This document shows, one piece after another, positions 13,150 to 26,876 of a DNA stretch of 64,000 nucleotides. Positions within the stretch are counted from its first letter, which is position 1. Each line of letters opens with the position of its first letter. The notes beneath the pieces were generated by a model, which did not search any database, had not been told where the DNA came from, and saw nothing but the letters and a program-made list of their open reading frames with translations. This DNA comes from the human T2T-CHM13v2.0 reference genome, Homo sapiens: the NCBI RefSeq assembly GCF_009914755.1, contig NC_060929.1; one strand, written 5' to 3'. The translations under genes were made by a program, and so were the position numbers.

Positions 13150-13900
13150 TGTTCCTCCAAGTAAAGGGAAGAGTATTTGCAATAGATCAAAGATGAGAAA
13201 AATGATGACTCATTTGTGACAATAGTAGTTAAGACAGAGAGAGCGAGAAGTTTCATGGCACTAGATGAGGGTGAAGGGGTAGGTGAGACCATAGTGTAGA
13301 GCTCTTGTAAGCCATGGGTATTAAAAATTGGGATATTGAAAATTTGGATATTAACCTACTAACAATGAAAATACATTGAAGAGTTTTAAGCAGAGAAATA
13401 CAATAATCAGACTTGGATTTGTCAAAAATCATTCTATGTAAAGTGTAAAAAATGAACTGGAAAGGACAAAAGTGATTACAGAAGAAGAATTTGGGTGTTC
13501 TTGCAGGTGGCTTGAGTAGGAACATGGCTGTGAGGGTGAAGGGCAGATAGTTAACAGAAGTATTTCTGCAGTAAAATCAATAGGTCTCACCTACTGATGC
13601 GAAGTAGGAGTGAGGGTGTAGGGTTATTAAAAATGATTCATAAATTCCTTCCTTGAGCAAACAGATGGATGTAATGCCCCTCACTGAGAGAAGCAGAGTG
13701 AAAGAGAGGAGCAGAGGGGAGTATATTAATGAATTCTGTGTTAAATAGGTTGAGTTGAGGAATCTTCTGGAGAAGTCAAGCCAGTAGGGAATTGGATGTA
13801 CTAGACTGTATATGCAAATATGGGAATATTTAACACAAGAAATATTTGAAGTCTTAATGTAGCCTAGGGATATAGAAAGAGTATAACATGAGAGCATATT
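13150..13900 (-). mobile_element. L2 LINE fragment
   Basis: GAGTTTTAAGCAGAGAAATACAATAATCAGACTTGGATTTGTCAAAAATCATTCT and further reverse-L2-like motifs. Confidence 0.65.
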
Positions 13901-16238
13901 GCCTAAGGCATTCTCCCTATCTGTGTTTCCCAAAAAACAATCTTGCTGCTGAGACCTATACCTTCAAAACATTCAAAACCTTATTCAAAACTCACATTTT
14001 CCATGAAAGCTTCCTAGACTTACATGGCCTTTGTCTTATTGTAATAACACTTATCACCTTTGAAAAAGTCATCATACATGTTTATAGGACCCTCCTCACA
14101 TCAACGTTATTTTGCAAGACCCCATGTTTCTTCTTTCATTAAATACAGGCACTGTACACTCAATTGATATTCTTGACAAGCCAACTGTATACCCACTAGT
14201 AGTATACACCTAGTTGGGTTTTGTAAATGTTGAGTTTCCTATTTTCACAGAGCAATTTTAGTTATTTATGTAAATATTTTTGTTTTGGCCAAGTTATATA
14301 TGTAACTAAAGACAATATAATCATATGATTCAGTGAAAGTAGAGGGTTAGAATTACAGCTAGCCAACACACTGTCCAAAGAAGAACATTAAGGCAAAAAT
14401 GCTATCAGAACATAAAGCCAGCCAAGGTTTTCAAGTATCATTTCCAATTCCATTTCATTGACATGTTTAGGTGCCTTGAAGTGCCATTTACAACCCTGCC
14501 TCTGACATATAAGTTGGCCTACACAGAAAGTTCTCCAGCTATTTAAACTTCCCTGACAATTGACAACTGTCAGAAAGTATTATCCACAAAACAATCTTGA
14601 GCACCCTCATTAGCAGGGAACCATCACTGGGACAATGCCCACTGGTGGCTTGGCAAAGAGAGGGCACTGAGCTGCTGATAGCCATCTACCAGGGCGGCTT
14701 TCCGTGGAAGCCACTGGCTTCCAGTTCATTTTCTCAGACTTCCCATGAATGGGTAGATACAAAAGTTCTTAATCAGAGTTCCACATCGCCCAATCTCCAA
14801 GTCAATTAATGAACCTTTCTATCTGACAGGCACATAGAGGTTGTCAAAAAATATTTGTTGGCAAAGAATGATATTAATATGAATTAACTATGTGTTTGGG
14901 CCTTTTAAAAAACTACACCAGGATTTTTTTTCTTCAGTATGCTAAAGATGAAATTCAAATTCAAAGAAAGTCAAAGAAGTTGGTTAACCTGCTCAAGTCA
15001 TATAGCTAGTAAGTAACAAAGTGAGAATTTGAACACAGATCAAAAATTTAACTCCAAGCAAGATTTTCAATATTGGCAAAGTGAGCTTCTTATCCCAACA
15101 CTTTAGGGAAATATACTGAATAAGAGAACGTCAAAGTTTAGAAAGATAGAAGGCTCTCATACTCCCGGTTTTGAGCTACTCAGTATCCATCAATGTAGCC
15201 ACAGATAATGTCAGAGTCTTCATGCAGCCTACGTTACACCATAGACATAATTCCTCTAAGCCCCTTCCCTCCACAGAAGTTGTTCTATACAAGTATCCAC
15301 GAAGCTAATCAGTTAAATAAAACTGTAAAGTCAGCCCAGATCAGTGAATCAGATTTCAATTTTCCATCTGTTTCAAGTGAGTCACATCCTACAGATTCAG
15401 GGTCAATCTTATGTGAGTGCACAGTAAGCAATTTCCTATCCTAGATTGGCTTTAATTAAAAAGGAACATCCTAAAAATATCTTCCCCCATCAGTTCTACT
15501 ATGAGTTCTCCATGCCCAGGTAGTCTTTCAAGGCAAAACATCTTCTTAGAGGAACTATTACATTAAGTTTATAATCAATTAAAGTACATAAGTTTTATCA
15601 CATTACTTTCCAATGAGTTAAAGGAGGGACATAGCAGCATCCACCATGTGGATTATGGTGTCTTGGTTCACATAAGTGTGTCCTGGTTAAGAAAGCAGAC
15701 TTGCTAGACAGGCCATTCAATTGCCACTCTACTGCCTACTAGTGCTGGGAACTCTGTCAGTTACTCTCTGTGAGCTTCAATTTTCTCACTTGTATAATTA
15801 GCAAAATACTAACCTTATATTTCTGTTTGAAATGGTGATAATTATTAACATTTCATTATAACTTATGGTGAAATCTATTTATACTTCCTCATATGCACAG
15901 TGAAAAGTGGAATCCATTTCATAATGATATTTGATGCATTTATTTTTAAGAAAGAAAATATCTACAAAAGTAGAAATCACTGATATAAAAAGACAGAAAA
16001 AAACGTAAACAGCTTTCTCTCAGCAAATAAGTGGTAATTTTTATGTGTGTCAATGATGAGTACAACAAGATAGGGATCTATATTCTGAATTAGTAATGTC
16101 AGGATTTTATACATATAACAATTCTGTTTTTAATGATATAAGCCCTCTTATAGGTTGCCGAAAAATTCACTACCAAAATACTAGTCTTCCAGAATGTAGC
16201 AACTTTTAAAGAAGCCTTTAATACCAGAATCTTTACCT

Positions 16239-16679
16239 CATATTAATTTCCGAGGGCTGCCATAATGAAATACCACAAACCATGTGGCTTAAAATAACAG
16301 AAATGTATTCTCTTGCAGGTCCAGAGGCCAGCAGTGCAAGGACCAGGTGCCAGCAGAGCCACACTCCTGCTGCAGCCTCTAGTGGAGAATCCTCCCTTGC
16401 TTCCACCTTCTAGTGGCTGCTGCCACTCCTTGTGGCTGCATCGCCCCAATCTCTGCTTCCATTTCCACATGGCCTTTTCCTCTGTCTGTCAGTCTTTTCT
16501 TCTGTCTCAAAAATTTGTCATTGGACTTAGGGCCCATCTGGACAATCCAAAAAGATCTCATTTCAAGTGTCCTAATTGCATCTCCAAAGACCCTTATTTC
16601 AAATAGTGAAATTCATAAGTTCTGAGAGTTAGGCCATGGACATATCTCTTCATAGACCACCATGCAACTCACTATAACC
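16239..16679 (-). mobile_element. MLT1 solo LTR (MLT1C-like)
   Basis: AGGGCTGCCATAATGAAATACCACAAAC...GGCTTAAAATAACAGAAATGTATTCTC; GGGCCCATCTGGACAATCC. Confidence 0.8.
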
Positions 16680-17029
16680 ATTAACAAATTATACTATGAT
16701 AGTTTAACTTTAATAATAAAAAATCATTAAAAAGTAACAGCTCTTTTCTTTTAAGTCTATATTCATTCTTCCAACTATTTAGTACTGCCCAAATGCCCTC
16801 TTCATGCAGAAAATGTTACGCAATGGACAACCCATGGTGAATCAAGCAGCCATGGTTCTCCCTTCGTGAAAGACTTTGTACACACACAAAAAAAATGCTT
16901 TTGTCTTATTTTTAATAAGAACTGAATTTCAAAATTCAGAAGCAAAAACTGTACAGCTTCTATTCCTTAGCAAATTAAGCCATTTAATATGTTAGCTCCA
17001 GTTATAGCATGCATTTATATTTTTATTAA

Positions 17030-17143
17030 AAATTTTAATGAGTATAAATACTTCTCTCCTAGAGAGTTTTAAAAATTAATGTTTATATTATGCTTCGGAA
17101 TCATTGGATAAAAGGTGCTTCATAAATGCAATGCATTATTATT
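17030..17143 (+). mobile_element. Ancient CORE-SINE 3' tail (MIR3/MIR1_Amn-like)
   Basis: TTGGATAAAAGGTGCTTCATAAATGCAATGCATTATTATTA resembles the GGATGAAAGGCGCTATATAAATGCAAAGTATTATTATT tail. Confidence 0.5.
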
Positions 17144-18420
17144 AAGTGTTATTAAAGTAAATTGAAGGCAAAGCATGTAATAAAAATTTCCCTGCGACAA
17201 AAGTCTGAGGTCTATATGTGGTTCCACAGTGCTTAGACCATATTTAACTGTGAAAGTACCAATATTAACATGAAAATGTTTTTGCTGCTGCTGCAATCTG
17301 GAATCAACAATGAGTATGTGCTGTTTGGCATTCCGTTTTTAATTACATATCATATTTCATACTAGATGTTGAAATTATATGCCACAAAATTTTATATCAC
17401 TTAATAGGTGCCAAAATTACAAAAGTTAAAATATTTTCATTTCATAGAACTCATGTAGCTAAAGTTTCATTTCCTAACAGTAATATTAAGGACATATTGA
17501 TGGAAATGAAATTTTTAAATGCCAAACAACCATCGAGACTTCCAGGTCTACATTCATATTTTCAATCAGTTCCTAGTTATTTACATCAGAAGTAAGTGAT
17601 AGAAAGCATCTGTCAGTCTGATTCTCAGGTATTTTGAATTACAATAATCAAGAGATTAAGTCAGAAGAAAAAGGAGGGTATCCCTAGAGATTATATCTCT
17701 CTAAATAATAGAGAGGATTGAGAGGGAAGAGGAAAAAAGATAGCCAAAGTGAAAGTGGGGAGGGAGTTTATAATTTATGATGTAAAATATTCAATAACAA
17801 CTTTAGGATAGCAGAAGAACTGGAGAGTTTAGGAGGGACTTTTGAAAAACCCAAGCCAGAAACTCCCTTTAACACTCTATGAAGGAGGTAGGTACACGTT
17901 AGAATTCACTTTTAATTGTATTTGTTGGCCAAACACTTTTTTCTTTTTTGAATATAATTCTCTCTGGAAATTGTGCTACCTGCGGCTCTAAGATTCATTT
18001 GGGTTACAAAGGAATGTAATTAACTAAAAACACAAATGAATTATAAGCTTTTCACTTTGTCAACTGTGTAAGCTAGAGGTCCTTTCCTTTTTGCTATACA
18101 AGTCAAAGGAAAATAGCCTCCTGTTTTGAAAGCTTAAATCTAACATTAGCGTACAAAACCATATTTGCCAAATTGAATTAATTGTTAGAATTAATCAACA
18201 CTGGGGAAAACATAGATGCCGTTAGGCAGTCATTTTTCAAATCATGTGAATTATCCTTTAAGTTGTAAAAAAAATTTCAATAATGCATTTTTTGGTGTTT
18301 TTTAATTACCTTAAAATTAATATTTTTAAAAAATTAGTAAAACAATATAATTATATATACACTAGAAGTCAATTTCAAAAAGCAGCAAATTAAGTGTCTT
18401 AAAATGTGATGACGTTAAGA

Positions 18421-18598
18421 CAGGGATTCTAAATTTTATTATGTATTGGAATCATCTGGACCCCTTATTTCAAATGTAGATTCCAGGATTCAGTACAACC
18501 ATGAAAAGTCTAATTCAGAAGGTGTGACATGGAACCCAGTCATCTGGCAAAGTGATTCAAAAGCAGAAGATTCATAAACCACAGCTTGAGAAAAACTG
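18421..18598. mobile_element. MER5-family (hAT-Charlie) MITE
   Basis: Degenerate TIRs CAGGGATTCT / TTGAGAAAAACTG; internal GAATCATCTGG and AAATGTAGATTCCAGG. Confidence 0.65.
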
Positions 18599-19539
18599 AA
18601 TTAAAGTTTGATTCCAAATAACTGGAGAAAGTTTGGGGTGCACAAAGCTCTATATGATATTTATCAGCAATTTCTTACATATATTATATCCTAGAAGATC
18701 AGTCATTGCAAGCCTGTCCCTAAATCCACATACACAAATTCAGAACCACACAAAATTTCCATGCAAACTTTGGCCAGCCCATTCTTCAACTTGCCTCTGC
18801 ATTTTTTAACTGCAGAAGCCAATGTCCCTGTGAACTGCTTTTATAGCACATTTTCATTATGGTAAATTATTGGCATAGCATTGAATAATAAAACTGGGTT
18901 TATGAGACCAAAAAAAAAAAGGAGCTATTTACATTAGAAAAGTTGAAACTCATTTTCCTCTGCCTCTTTAATATTTTCTCACTGGTTTGTATGAATTAAA
19001 CACAATGGAAACTTATGTAATTATTCTGCAAATCTGAGTAATGGACCCTTGAGTCTGAGTAAGAAAACCTCAGATTTACCTTAACAAAATCTTTTCCCTC
19101 TAAATTGTCTGGCTAATTTTCTTGATTCTCCAGTTTATGTGACCTAAGTGCAAACAACCATTATGCTGCTTATCACTGACTAAACCTGTGTGTCAGATAA
19201 AAATAAGACCAGAATCAAAGTTCTGTTAAAAAAAAAAAAAATGACCACAAATTATCTACATCTGCATTAATGTGGTTTCGCTGCAATTCAAAAATTTAAA
19301 TCTCAAAGCACTTAATAAGCATTTTTATAGAAAAAGACTACATAGGTTGCTCTTTTATTAATTGGTTCAAATGTTTGGTCCTATCTCAATTGGAAAACCA
19401 AGCTCTGAGCACCACTTACACTGGAATCTGGTGCTATATATTGCTGAATCCCAGTGCCTAGAATAATCCCGACAAGTAGTAGGATTTCAACATGTATTTG
19501 TAGAAGAAAGCGCTATTTTGGTAAATTCTTGTAGATCAA

Positions 19540-19583
19540 GGTCAAAGATCATGTACTGTTTGGTCAAAGATCATGTACTGTTT
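19540..19583. repeat. Perfect 22-bp tandem duplication
   Basis: GGTCAAAGATCATGTACTGTTT x2. Confidence 0.95.
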
Positions 19584-20552
19584 GGGAAAGTCAAGTGGAT
19601 TTGTTCATCTATGTACAAAGGTATGCCAATCAGTGATTCATGAACAGGTGATGGCAAATAATAATTTCCAGAGATTATGTAATATTTGCCAGTCACCAAA
19701 GTAGTTCAGAATATGGTCACCTGTCTTTTGGCTTTCATTGCATAGGTGACCTGAAGCAGGTTAATAATAATTTGAAGCCTTCATCAAAGCACAACAGTAG
19801 ACTATATGACTGTCAAATCTATGAACAAACGCCCCTTTGTGGGTTATTCATAAGGAATGTGGGAGTTTCATGTCTTGTTGGCTTAGTGTACATATAACCT
19901 CCACAAGATTTTAGGATTTTAGAACACTTTTCTCTCTTTCCTCCCTGGTTTAGACATTGGATAAAGCCACGGAAGCCAAAACACATCATTACTTTCCAAT
20001 ATCTTCCCTTAAGGAAGGTGTGAGTCAGACCATGGATGAGTTTAGCAAGAGATAAGGTGAGCTCCAGATGCTGCGAATCAGTCAGAACCAATCAAGCATC
20101 TCTCTTGAGCGTGGAATCAGTAACAGGAAAGACTTTGGCAAGTGATAAAACAGGATGAGAAGTTGGGAAGTTTCCAAATCAGATATTCAGAATGTGGTTG
20201 GTTGTTTTTTTTAAATCATTTGAATGGAAATGGTATAAACTCCCCAACATATCAAACACCTGGATTAAATAGATTACAGAAATGTAGCGCAAAACAAAAC
20301 ACAAATGATTTGCAATTTACTATCCTTGTCAATGTTCCCCTCGATTGGCATAAATAATTCAGACTTTTAAAAATGATTTGTACTCCAGTTGTTCAGACTG
20401 GAAAATAATTGACTACATTATGTGGTTATGCTTGAATTTTTTCTTTTTGTTGTACTATGCATTTAATAAACTGAATATATATCTGCAAGAACATTGTTGG
20501 ATTGGAGTTAGTCTCTTGTGTTTATTAGTAAACGTATTAGTTTGCTAGGATG

Positions 20553-20613
20553 TCAAAATACGCTTCTAACCATAGACTTGATCAAAATACACTTTTAACC
20601 ACAGACTTGATCA
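20553..20613. repeat. Imperfect 29-bp tandem duplication
   Basis: TCAAAATACGCTTCTAACCATAGACTTGA / TCAAAATACACTTTTAACCACAGACTTGA (3 mismatches). Confidence 0.9.
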
Positions 20614-21078
20614 CATTTGTACATCCTGTAAAAGTTTAGTATCAGCAAAAATTTTGCTGTTTTTCTCTTTAAGAAATAATCTTGGTAAATTCACTAAAAT
20701 GGCACTGTTAAGTCATACTTGGACAACCCTCTACTAATTCAAACACACAAAAATGATAGATAAAAATATAAGGAGAGAAAGTTTAAAAATTTAGGTTCAG
20801 CTCATAGCAAGGTAATCATCTCTCTGGACTAGAAGCACAAACAATTCTGTGGGGCAGAGGCAGCAGTCTTGCTGCGTTCTGTGTCTAGAAATAGGCAGAG
20901 GCAACCAGGAGTTTGATACCCACACAATAATGGGAACTAAATCTATATGTGTATGGGCTACAGTTGGCTCACTGCTTGAAAACAGGGTCAGGATAGAGTT
21001 CCTTACCCAAGAAAAATAGCTGAAAGGAGCTGCAACTTAACATTTTCTAAGTTTACAGCTTACATGAAACTTCATGCC

Positions 21079-21466
21079 TGTGGTGGGCTGAATGCATCCC
21101 CATTAAATTCATATGTTGAAGTCCTACCTCCTGGTACCTCAGAATGTGTTTGGAGATCAGGTCTTTAAGAGGTAGTGAAGGTTAAAATGAGGACATCTGG
21201 GTGGTCCTAACCCAATATAACTGGTGTCCCTACAAGAAGAGGAGATTAGGACACAGACACACGCTCACAGAAGGAAGACCATGTAAAAACACTTGGAGAA
21301 GACGGCCATTTACAAGCCAAGGAGAGAGATCTTTAGAAGACCTCCAACCCTGCCAATACCTTGATCTTGAACTCCCAGCATCCACAACTGTAAGGAAATA
21401 AATCTCTGTTGTTTAAGCCACCCAGTCTGTGGTACTTTGTCACGACAGCCTTAGCAAATGAATACA
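21079..21466 (+). mobile_element. MLT1B-like solo LTR
   Basis: TGTGGTGGGCTGAAT...AAATTCATATGTTGAAGTCCTA...CTTAGCAAATGAATACA; 5-bp TSD ATGCC (21074-21078, 21467-21471). Confidence 0.9.
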
Positions 21467-21789
21467 ATGCCTACAGAGGCAGAAGGATGCAAACATAGCC
21501 TCACTGTCAGGCCCTGGGTCAAACTGCCCATTAGTTCGTCACTTAAACATGTACTAGTCCTAACATTGCCATGGAACCAGAGCCCCAAGGTGAAAATCTA
21601 AGATGGGGTTCTTAGCTGGGGTAAAGGTTTTCCTAGGAAGCTGGTTGGATACAACCAGAAAATTACAAAACAGGAATAGGAATGTCCAGGGAGAAAAGGG
21701 AGAAGGGGGGAATTCCACCCCAGATGAGTCTGCATACCAAAATTGCAAAACACATAACAAAAACTAATGCCAGAAAAGGAAGCTAATCA

Positions 21790-22230
21790 AATCACCAAAT
21801 GGATGAGGAATTCACTCAATATCAAACTAAAATAATAGGGCAATCTGAAAATAATTTTAAAAATATTTTAGAAACCTCAGAGATGATCCTTTTATTATTC
21901 CTCACAATAAAAGAATAAGAAATTATGAAAAAGGACAAATGAATATTGAAAAAACAAAAGTTCCTGGAAATGAAAATTTATATTTATAAGAAATTCGATA
22001 GACTAGGTATATTCTAGAAAGGATAGTGCCAAAAACCAAGTGAATTCCAAAAGAGTGCTGAGGAATTCACCCAGAATGTAGCAAAACAAGAAAAAGAGCA
22101 GTTAAGAGCTATGGAGAAAAAGTCGAGAATCTAAAAATCATCTGATGCAAGTTCCATAGGATAAGAAGAGAGAGCATGATGAAAAAGCAGCATTCAAAAA
22201 TAGAATAACTAAAAATTTTCCTTATTTAAA
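21790..22230 (+). mobile_element. Ancient L1 (L1ME/HAL1-type) ORF1-region remnant; probably extends upstream to ~20700 across the MLT1B
   Basis: A-rich, GAAATGAAAA...GAGGAATTCACCCAGAATGTAGCA...AATAACTAAAAATTTTCC matches decayed L1 ORF1. Confidence 0.6.
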
Positions 22231-22919
22231 TCAATCTGGAGCCCATTAAAAGCATCAGTTTTTAAAATATGAATTATGAAAATTTCTTTCCAAGGACAAA
22301 AAGAACTGCATGCTTTTTCACTGTGAATCTTAATAAAGAAGTTACACTCTATAGAAAGCGCAGACTTTAGAAAACACACTAACATCAAACAATCATACCT
22401 CAGTTGATGAGAGATTCTCCTTAAGCAAATGGATACACCTACCCTGGCAACCATCCTAAGATAATAATTAATCCTAGGGCAGAATATAGGGCAGGCCATG
22501 AGGCTGCAGGAAAAAGAGACTTCTTCCTGTCTTGGGATCTAGATGCCAAGGAATACAAGTCTAACAGTACTAGTGACAGCAGTAGCAAAGAGCCATTTTG
22601 TGAATTAAGCCTCCAAATAAGTTAAAATCCTATTGGTATCCTGAACATAAGTGGGTCTGTCTTCCCACCCTAAGAACCAAGGGCATGTCAGGAGCAGACA
22701 CAACTGATATCTAGTGCTAAAAGCTCTCCTAAGTACCTTGCATAATGTATCTACCCGGATGAAGTGAAATGGCTGGCAGTAAACCCGTAACACTCAGGGC
22801 CTAGTGTTTTCTACCCAAGGACAACATAGTACACCTCTTTATTCCTGAAGATGCCACCAAAACCTTGGTGAATTATCCCACATTGACATCCAAGCTAATG
22901 GAGGCATAAAGATGCCAAG

Positions 22920-23316
22920 AGTATTCATTTGGTAGGACTGTCATAACAAAGTACCATAGACCGGAGGGTTAAACACTACAAATGTATTCCCTTACAACTC
23001 TCAGGGATAGAAGTCAAAGATCCAGTCTCAGTAGGGTTGGTTTCATTCTGAGGTCTCTCTTCTCAGCTTGCAGATGGCTGTCTTCTCCCTTTGTTTTCAC
23101 ATGATCTTCCTTTGTGTAAGTCTGTGTCCTAATCCTCTCTTCTCATAGGAACACGAGTCATTTGGGATTAGGGCCTACCCATGTGATCTCCTCTTACTTT
23201 ATTTACCTCTTTAAAGGCCCTATCTCCAAATATAGTCACATTCTCAGGGTTAGAAGAGTAATGGGAGTTACAGCTTCAACATATGAATTTGGGGAAACAC
23301 AATTCAGCCCATAATA
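22920..23316 (-). mobile_element. MLT1A/B solo LTR
   Basis: GTCATAACAAAGTACCATAGAC...CCTATCTCCAAATATAGTCACATTCT...CACAATTCAGCCCATAATA; near TSD CCAAG/CCAGG. Confidence 0.85.
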
Positions 23317-24189
23317 CCAGGTTTACCTTTCAATGTCAGATCCATCCAACCAAGTCCTAGCAATGACAACAGGACTCTCTTGTAGTGACAGCAGCAAGGA
23401 GGTTCTGGAGGAGACAAGCAAGAGTGGAGAACGGGCTGTCCCACATTCGGCAGGTGCAGAAATCTCACCCTACTCATGGAGCCCTTACTCATGGACTTAT
23501 TTAAGCTGCTCCTGAGAAAAATTTTGGAAGAGGATTACAAGAGAAAGTTTGGATTTCCTGCTAACTAGAACAAATGGAAGCTCAAAGTGAATACCAAAGA
23601 AAATGACACTTTTTACCCCAAGAGGGGAAAGTGAGGCATGCCAATCATCATCTCAGAAGTGAGTGAAGCTTCTATTGCTAGAGGAGAAAAAAAGTGAGCA
23701 TGAGAGGTGGAGAATCTGAGAGGGCAAGAAGAATGGGGTATAAGCAATGTGGGTCTGCTGCTTGCTGGACACTGCTTAGCAACTTTGTGCTGCAGATTCT
23801 ACATACATTTGAAGGTAACCTACTAAATTCAGTATGCGAGAGGAATGTTAAAAACACGTATTTGTTTTAATGCAGTACCCATATTATGGTTTTTAAATTC
23901 CATATAATATTTAAGAATTTAAAAATAAATCTAAGCAAAAGGAGCATGGAAAAGTTCTACTTATGACCTTACCTCTGAGATAAATTTAACCACAGGGAGA
24001 CTGCCATCACGAACAGAGCGGCTCCCCTGATAACTAATCAGTACTCTAAGTCAAGTGTTCAAATGCAGCCAGTGAAGAAGTTTCAAACATTTATTTTTCG
24101 TTCATTCAGCAAATACCAACAAAAATAATAGGAAATGACAGAGATGAGGTCCCTACTCTCATACTATTTCCATTTATACCAAATAAGAA

Positions 24190-24600
24190 TAATCTAAAGG
24201 ATTACTTACAAAATCACAGTCAAAATGAAAATAAGCTACAACATACAGTGCAACACAGGGACTGTTTCCATCATAAGCCTGAAGGAGGAAGAAAAGGGGC
24301 AGTTACTGGAACCAGGAAGGAGAGTCATGTGGAGAGGGCCATCTTAACAGAAGCTGCAACTTAGTCAAGAACAGGTAGCCAAAGTAGACTGTCAGGAAGA
24401 AAACTAGAAGAATTCAAACCCCAATTCTCTCACCTCCCTCCCTGTGTCTCCTGCTAGGGTATACCATGGACCAAATTCAACCTGAGGCCAGAAGACGAGG
24501 GAGCCCTCGACTGTAGCCCATGCAGGTCAGCTGCCAGGGCTGAGAGCAGGGTGAGCAAGAGTGACAGCCTGTTCCAGATGGGAGAAAGGAAGACGCCTGG
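24190..24600 (-). mobile_element. Old MaLR LTR remnant (late-letter MLT1 type)
   Basis: GGACCAAATTCAACCTGAGGCCAGAAGACGAGGGAGCCC...GGTCAGCTGCCAGGGCTGAGAGCAGGGTG motif typical of old MLT1. Confidence 0.45.
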
Positions 24601-25530
24601 CCTGCATTCCTATCACTCTATTCCATCTCCCTGAGTCCAGTGCACAGAGGAGCTTGCTCTCTTTCACAAACATCATGTTGGACCCGCCTCAATAAATGGC
24701 CTTTCCAAATATTTGATGTTTTATAGTAATGGCAAAGAACTTCACCCTCAAAGAATTTGGAATCTCATAAATGAGATCAACACTTACAAATTTCAAAGCA
24801 TTTGCTTAAAACATTCCCAAAGGGTTGGTGATGGAGCATGAAAAGCTGGGAGTTCTTTCTGGCAAGGGTTGGTGATAATAGCAGCTTAGTCAGGGGTGGC
24901 TCCCACAGCCTGTGCCTGGGTAAGAAGATTTCAAAAACCTATATTCTGAGTTGAAATGTGGCTCCTAATAGAAGAGAGGGCCCTTTAAAATTATCAGGGG
25001 CCGTAAAATGAACTAATGTAAACTGGTTTTGTGTTGTTTCTCCAAGCATCTATAGAAAACATGTCAACATCATCATCCCCCTGACCACCACCTCCTTTCT
25101 TCTTGATTGTCTCAATTTTGTCTCTCCTTGTTTTGAGCCAATTACTGAAATGTTTTAAAGAATATCCATCCTTTCCCTTCCTGTACTTTAAATGTTTTGA
25201 ATACTCTTTTATCCATAGGTCTCAAATCATTTTATAAATATTAATTTTTCCCAATACATATCTGAGGTCAAAACATAAATATCCTTCTTCCCATTTGTTT
25301 AAATACAAGAAACAGGGAAATGATAAGAAACCATATCCATGGTCTCAGAACAAGTCCATTGAAGACTAGAATTCAACTCTCTAGTTCCTAGCAATCTTCT
25401 CAGCCCTTATGTCACTAGAAAAAAAATACTTCAGTCTTTTATATGTTATTATCCTATTCCAATAATTGAGGAGCCTCCTAAGGAAATTAATGATTGTTGA
25501 GCATCTAATATGTGTCAGACACTGTGCTTT

Positions 25531-26509
25531 TTTGTCTAACTTTTATTTTAGGCTCGGGGGTACATGTGAAGGTTGGTTACATGGGTACATTGTGTGTCGT
25601 GGGGAATTGGTGTACAGATTATTTTGTCACCCAGGTCATTAGTATAGTACCCAATAGGTAATCTTTTGATCCTCATCTTCCTCCCACCCTCCACCCTCAA
25701 GTAGTCCCCACTCTCTATTGTTCCTTTTTTCATGTTCATGGGTAGACAATGTTTAGCTCCCACTTATAAATGAAAATATGCGATATTTGGTTTTCTGTTC
25801 CTGCATTAATTCGCTTAGGATAATGGCCTTCAGCTCCATTCATGTTGCTGCAAAGGACATGACCTCATTCTTTTTATGGCTGTGTAGTATTGCATGGTGT
25901 ATGTGTACCACATTTTCTATATCTAGTCCACCATCAATGGGCATTTAATTCCATGTCTTTGCTATTGTGAATAGTACTGTAATGAACATACGGGTGCATG
26001 TGTCTTTATGGTGGAATGATTTATATTCCTTTGGGAATATACCCAGTAATGAGATTGCTAGGCCAAATGGTAATTCAAAGCTCTTTGAGAAATCTCCAAA
26101 CTGTTTTCCACAGTTGCTGAAATAATTTACATTCCCACCAGCACCGTACAAGCAATCCCTTTTCTCTACAATCTCTCCAGCATGTTATTTTTTGATTTTG
26201 TAAGGATAGCCATTCTGGCTGTTGTGAGATGGTATCTTATAGTGGTTTTGATTTGCCTTTCTCTAATTATTAGTAATGTTGAGCATTTTTTCACATGCTT
26301 GTTAGCTGCGTGTATGTCTTCTTTTGAGAGGTGTCTGTTCAGGTCCTTTGCCCATTTTTTAATGGGGTTGGTTCATTTTGCTTGTTTTTTTGTTGAAGTT
26401 CCTTATAGATTCTGGATATTAGACTTTTGTTGGTTCAATGCATAGTTTGCAAATATTTTATCCCATTCTGTAGGTTGTCTATTTACTCTGTTGATAGTTT
26501 CTTTGGCTG
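25531..26509 (-). mobile_element. 5'-truncated L1PA (about L1PA15-16) 3' end
   Basis: Reverse L1 3'UTR and ORF2 C-terminus (ORF ...HKDTCTRMFITVLFTIAKTWN); TSD AGACACTGTGCTTT 25517-25530 / AGACACTACGCTTT 26510-26523. Confidence 0.9.
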
Positions 26510-26527
26510 AGACACTACGCTTTAAAT

Positions 26528-26706
26528 GAGTGATTCTCAAATTTCACAGCACATTCAAAGTATCTAGAAAACTTTAAAAAAATCATCATACCCAGGATGC
26601 ACCCTATACCAATTAAATCAGGAGCCTGGATATGGGAGACAGGAATCAGTACTTTTTTAAAACTCCCCAGGTAATTTCAATGTGTGCTCAAATTTTAGAA
26701 CCAGTG
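26528..26706. mobile_element. MER5A MITE
   Basis: AGTGATTCTCAAA...ACCAATTAAATCAG...CTCCCCAGGTAATTTCAATG...TTAGAACCAGTG. Confidence 0.75.
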
Positions 26707-26714
26707 TTTGAAAT

Positions 26715-26876
26715 TCTTGCCATTCAAGTGTGATATACAGAACAATAGGATCAACATCATCTGGGATTTTCTGGAACATGCAGAATTTCATACACCACAC
26801 CAGACCCACTGAGACAATGTTCATTTTAACAACCTCCCAAGTGATTAATATGAACATTGAAGTTTGAGAATCTGCT
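26715..26876. mobile_element. Second MER5-family MITE
   Basis: CAAGTGTG...CATCATCTGGGA...ATGCAGAAT...CATTTTAACAA...AAGTTTGAGAA. Confidence 0.7.

Noticed and set aside
19540-20613. Short direct repeats as a possible CRISPR-like array
   Set aside because: Only two adjacent copies each with no spacers, in primate DNA; simple tandem duplications.
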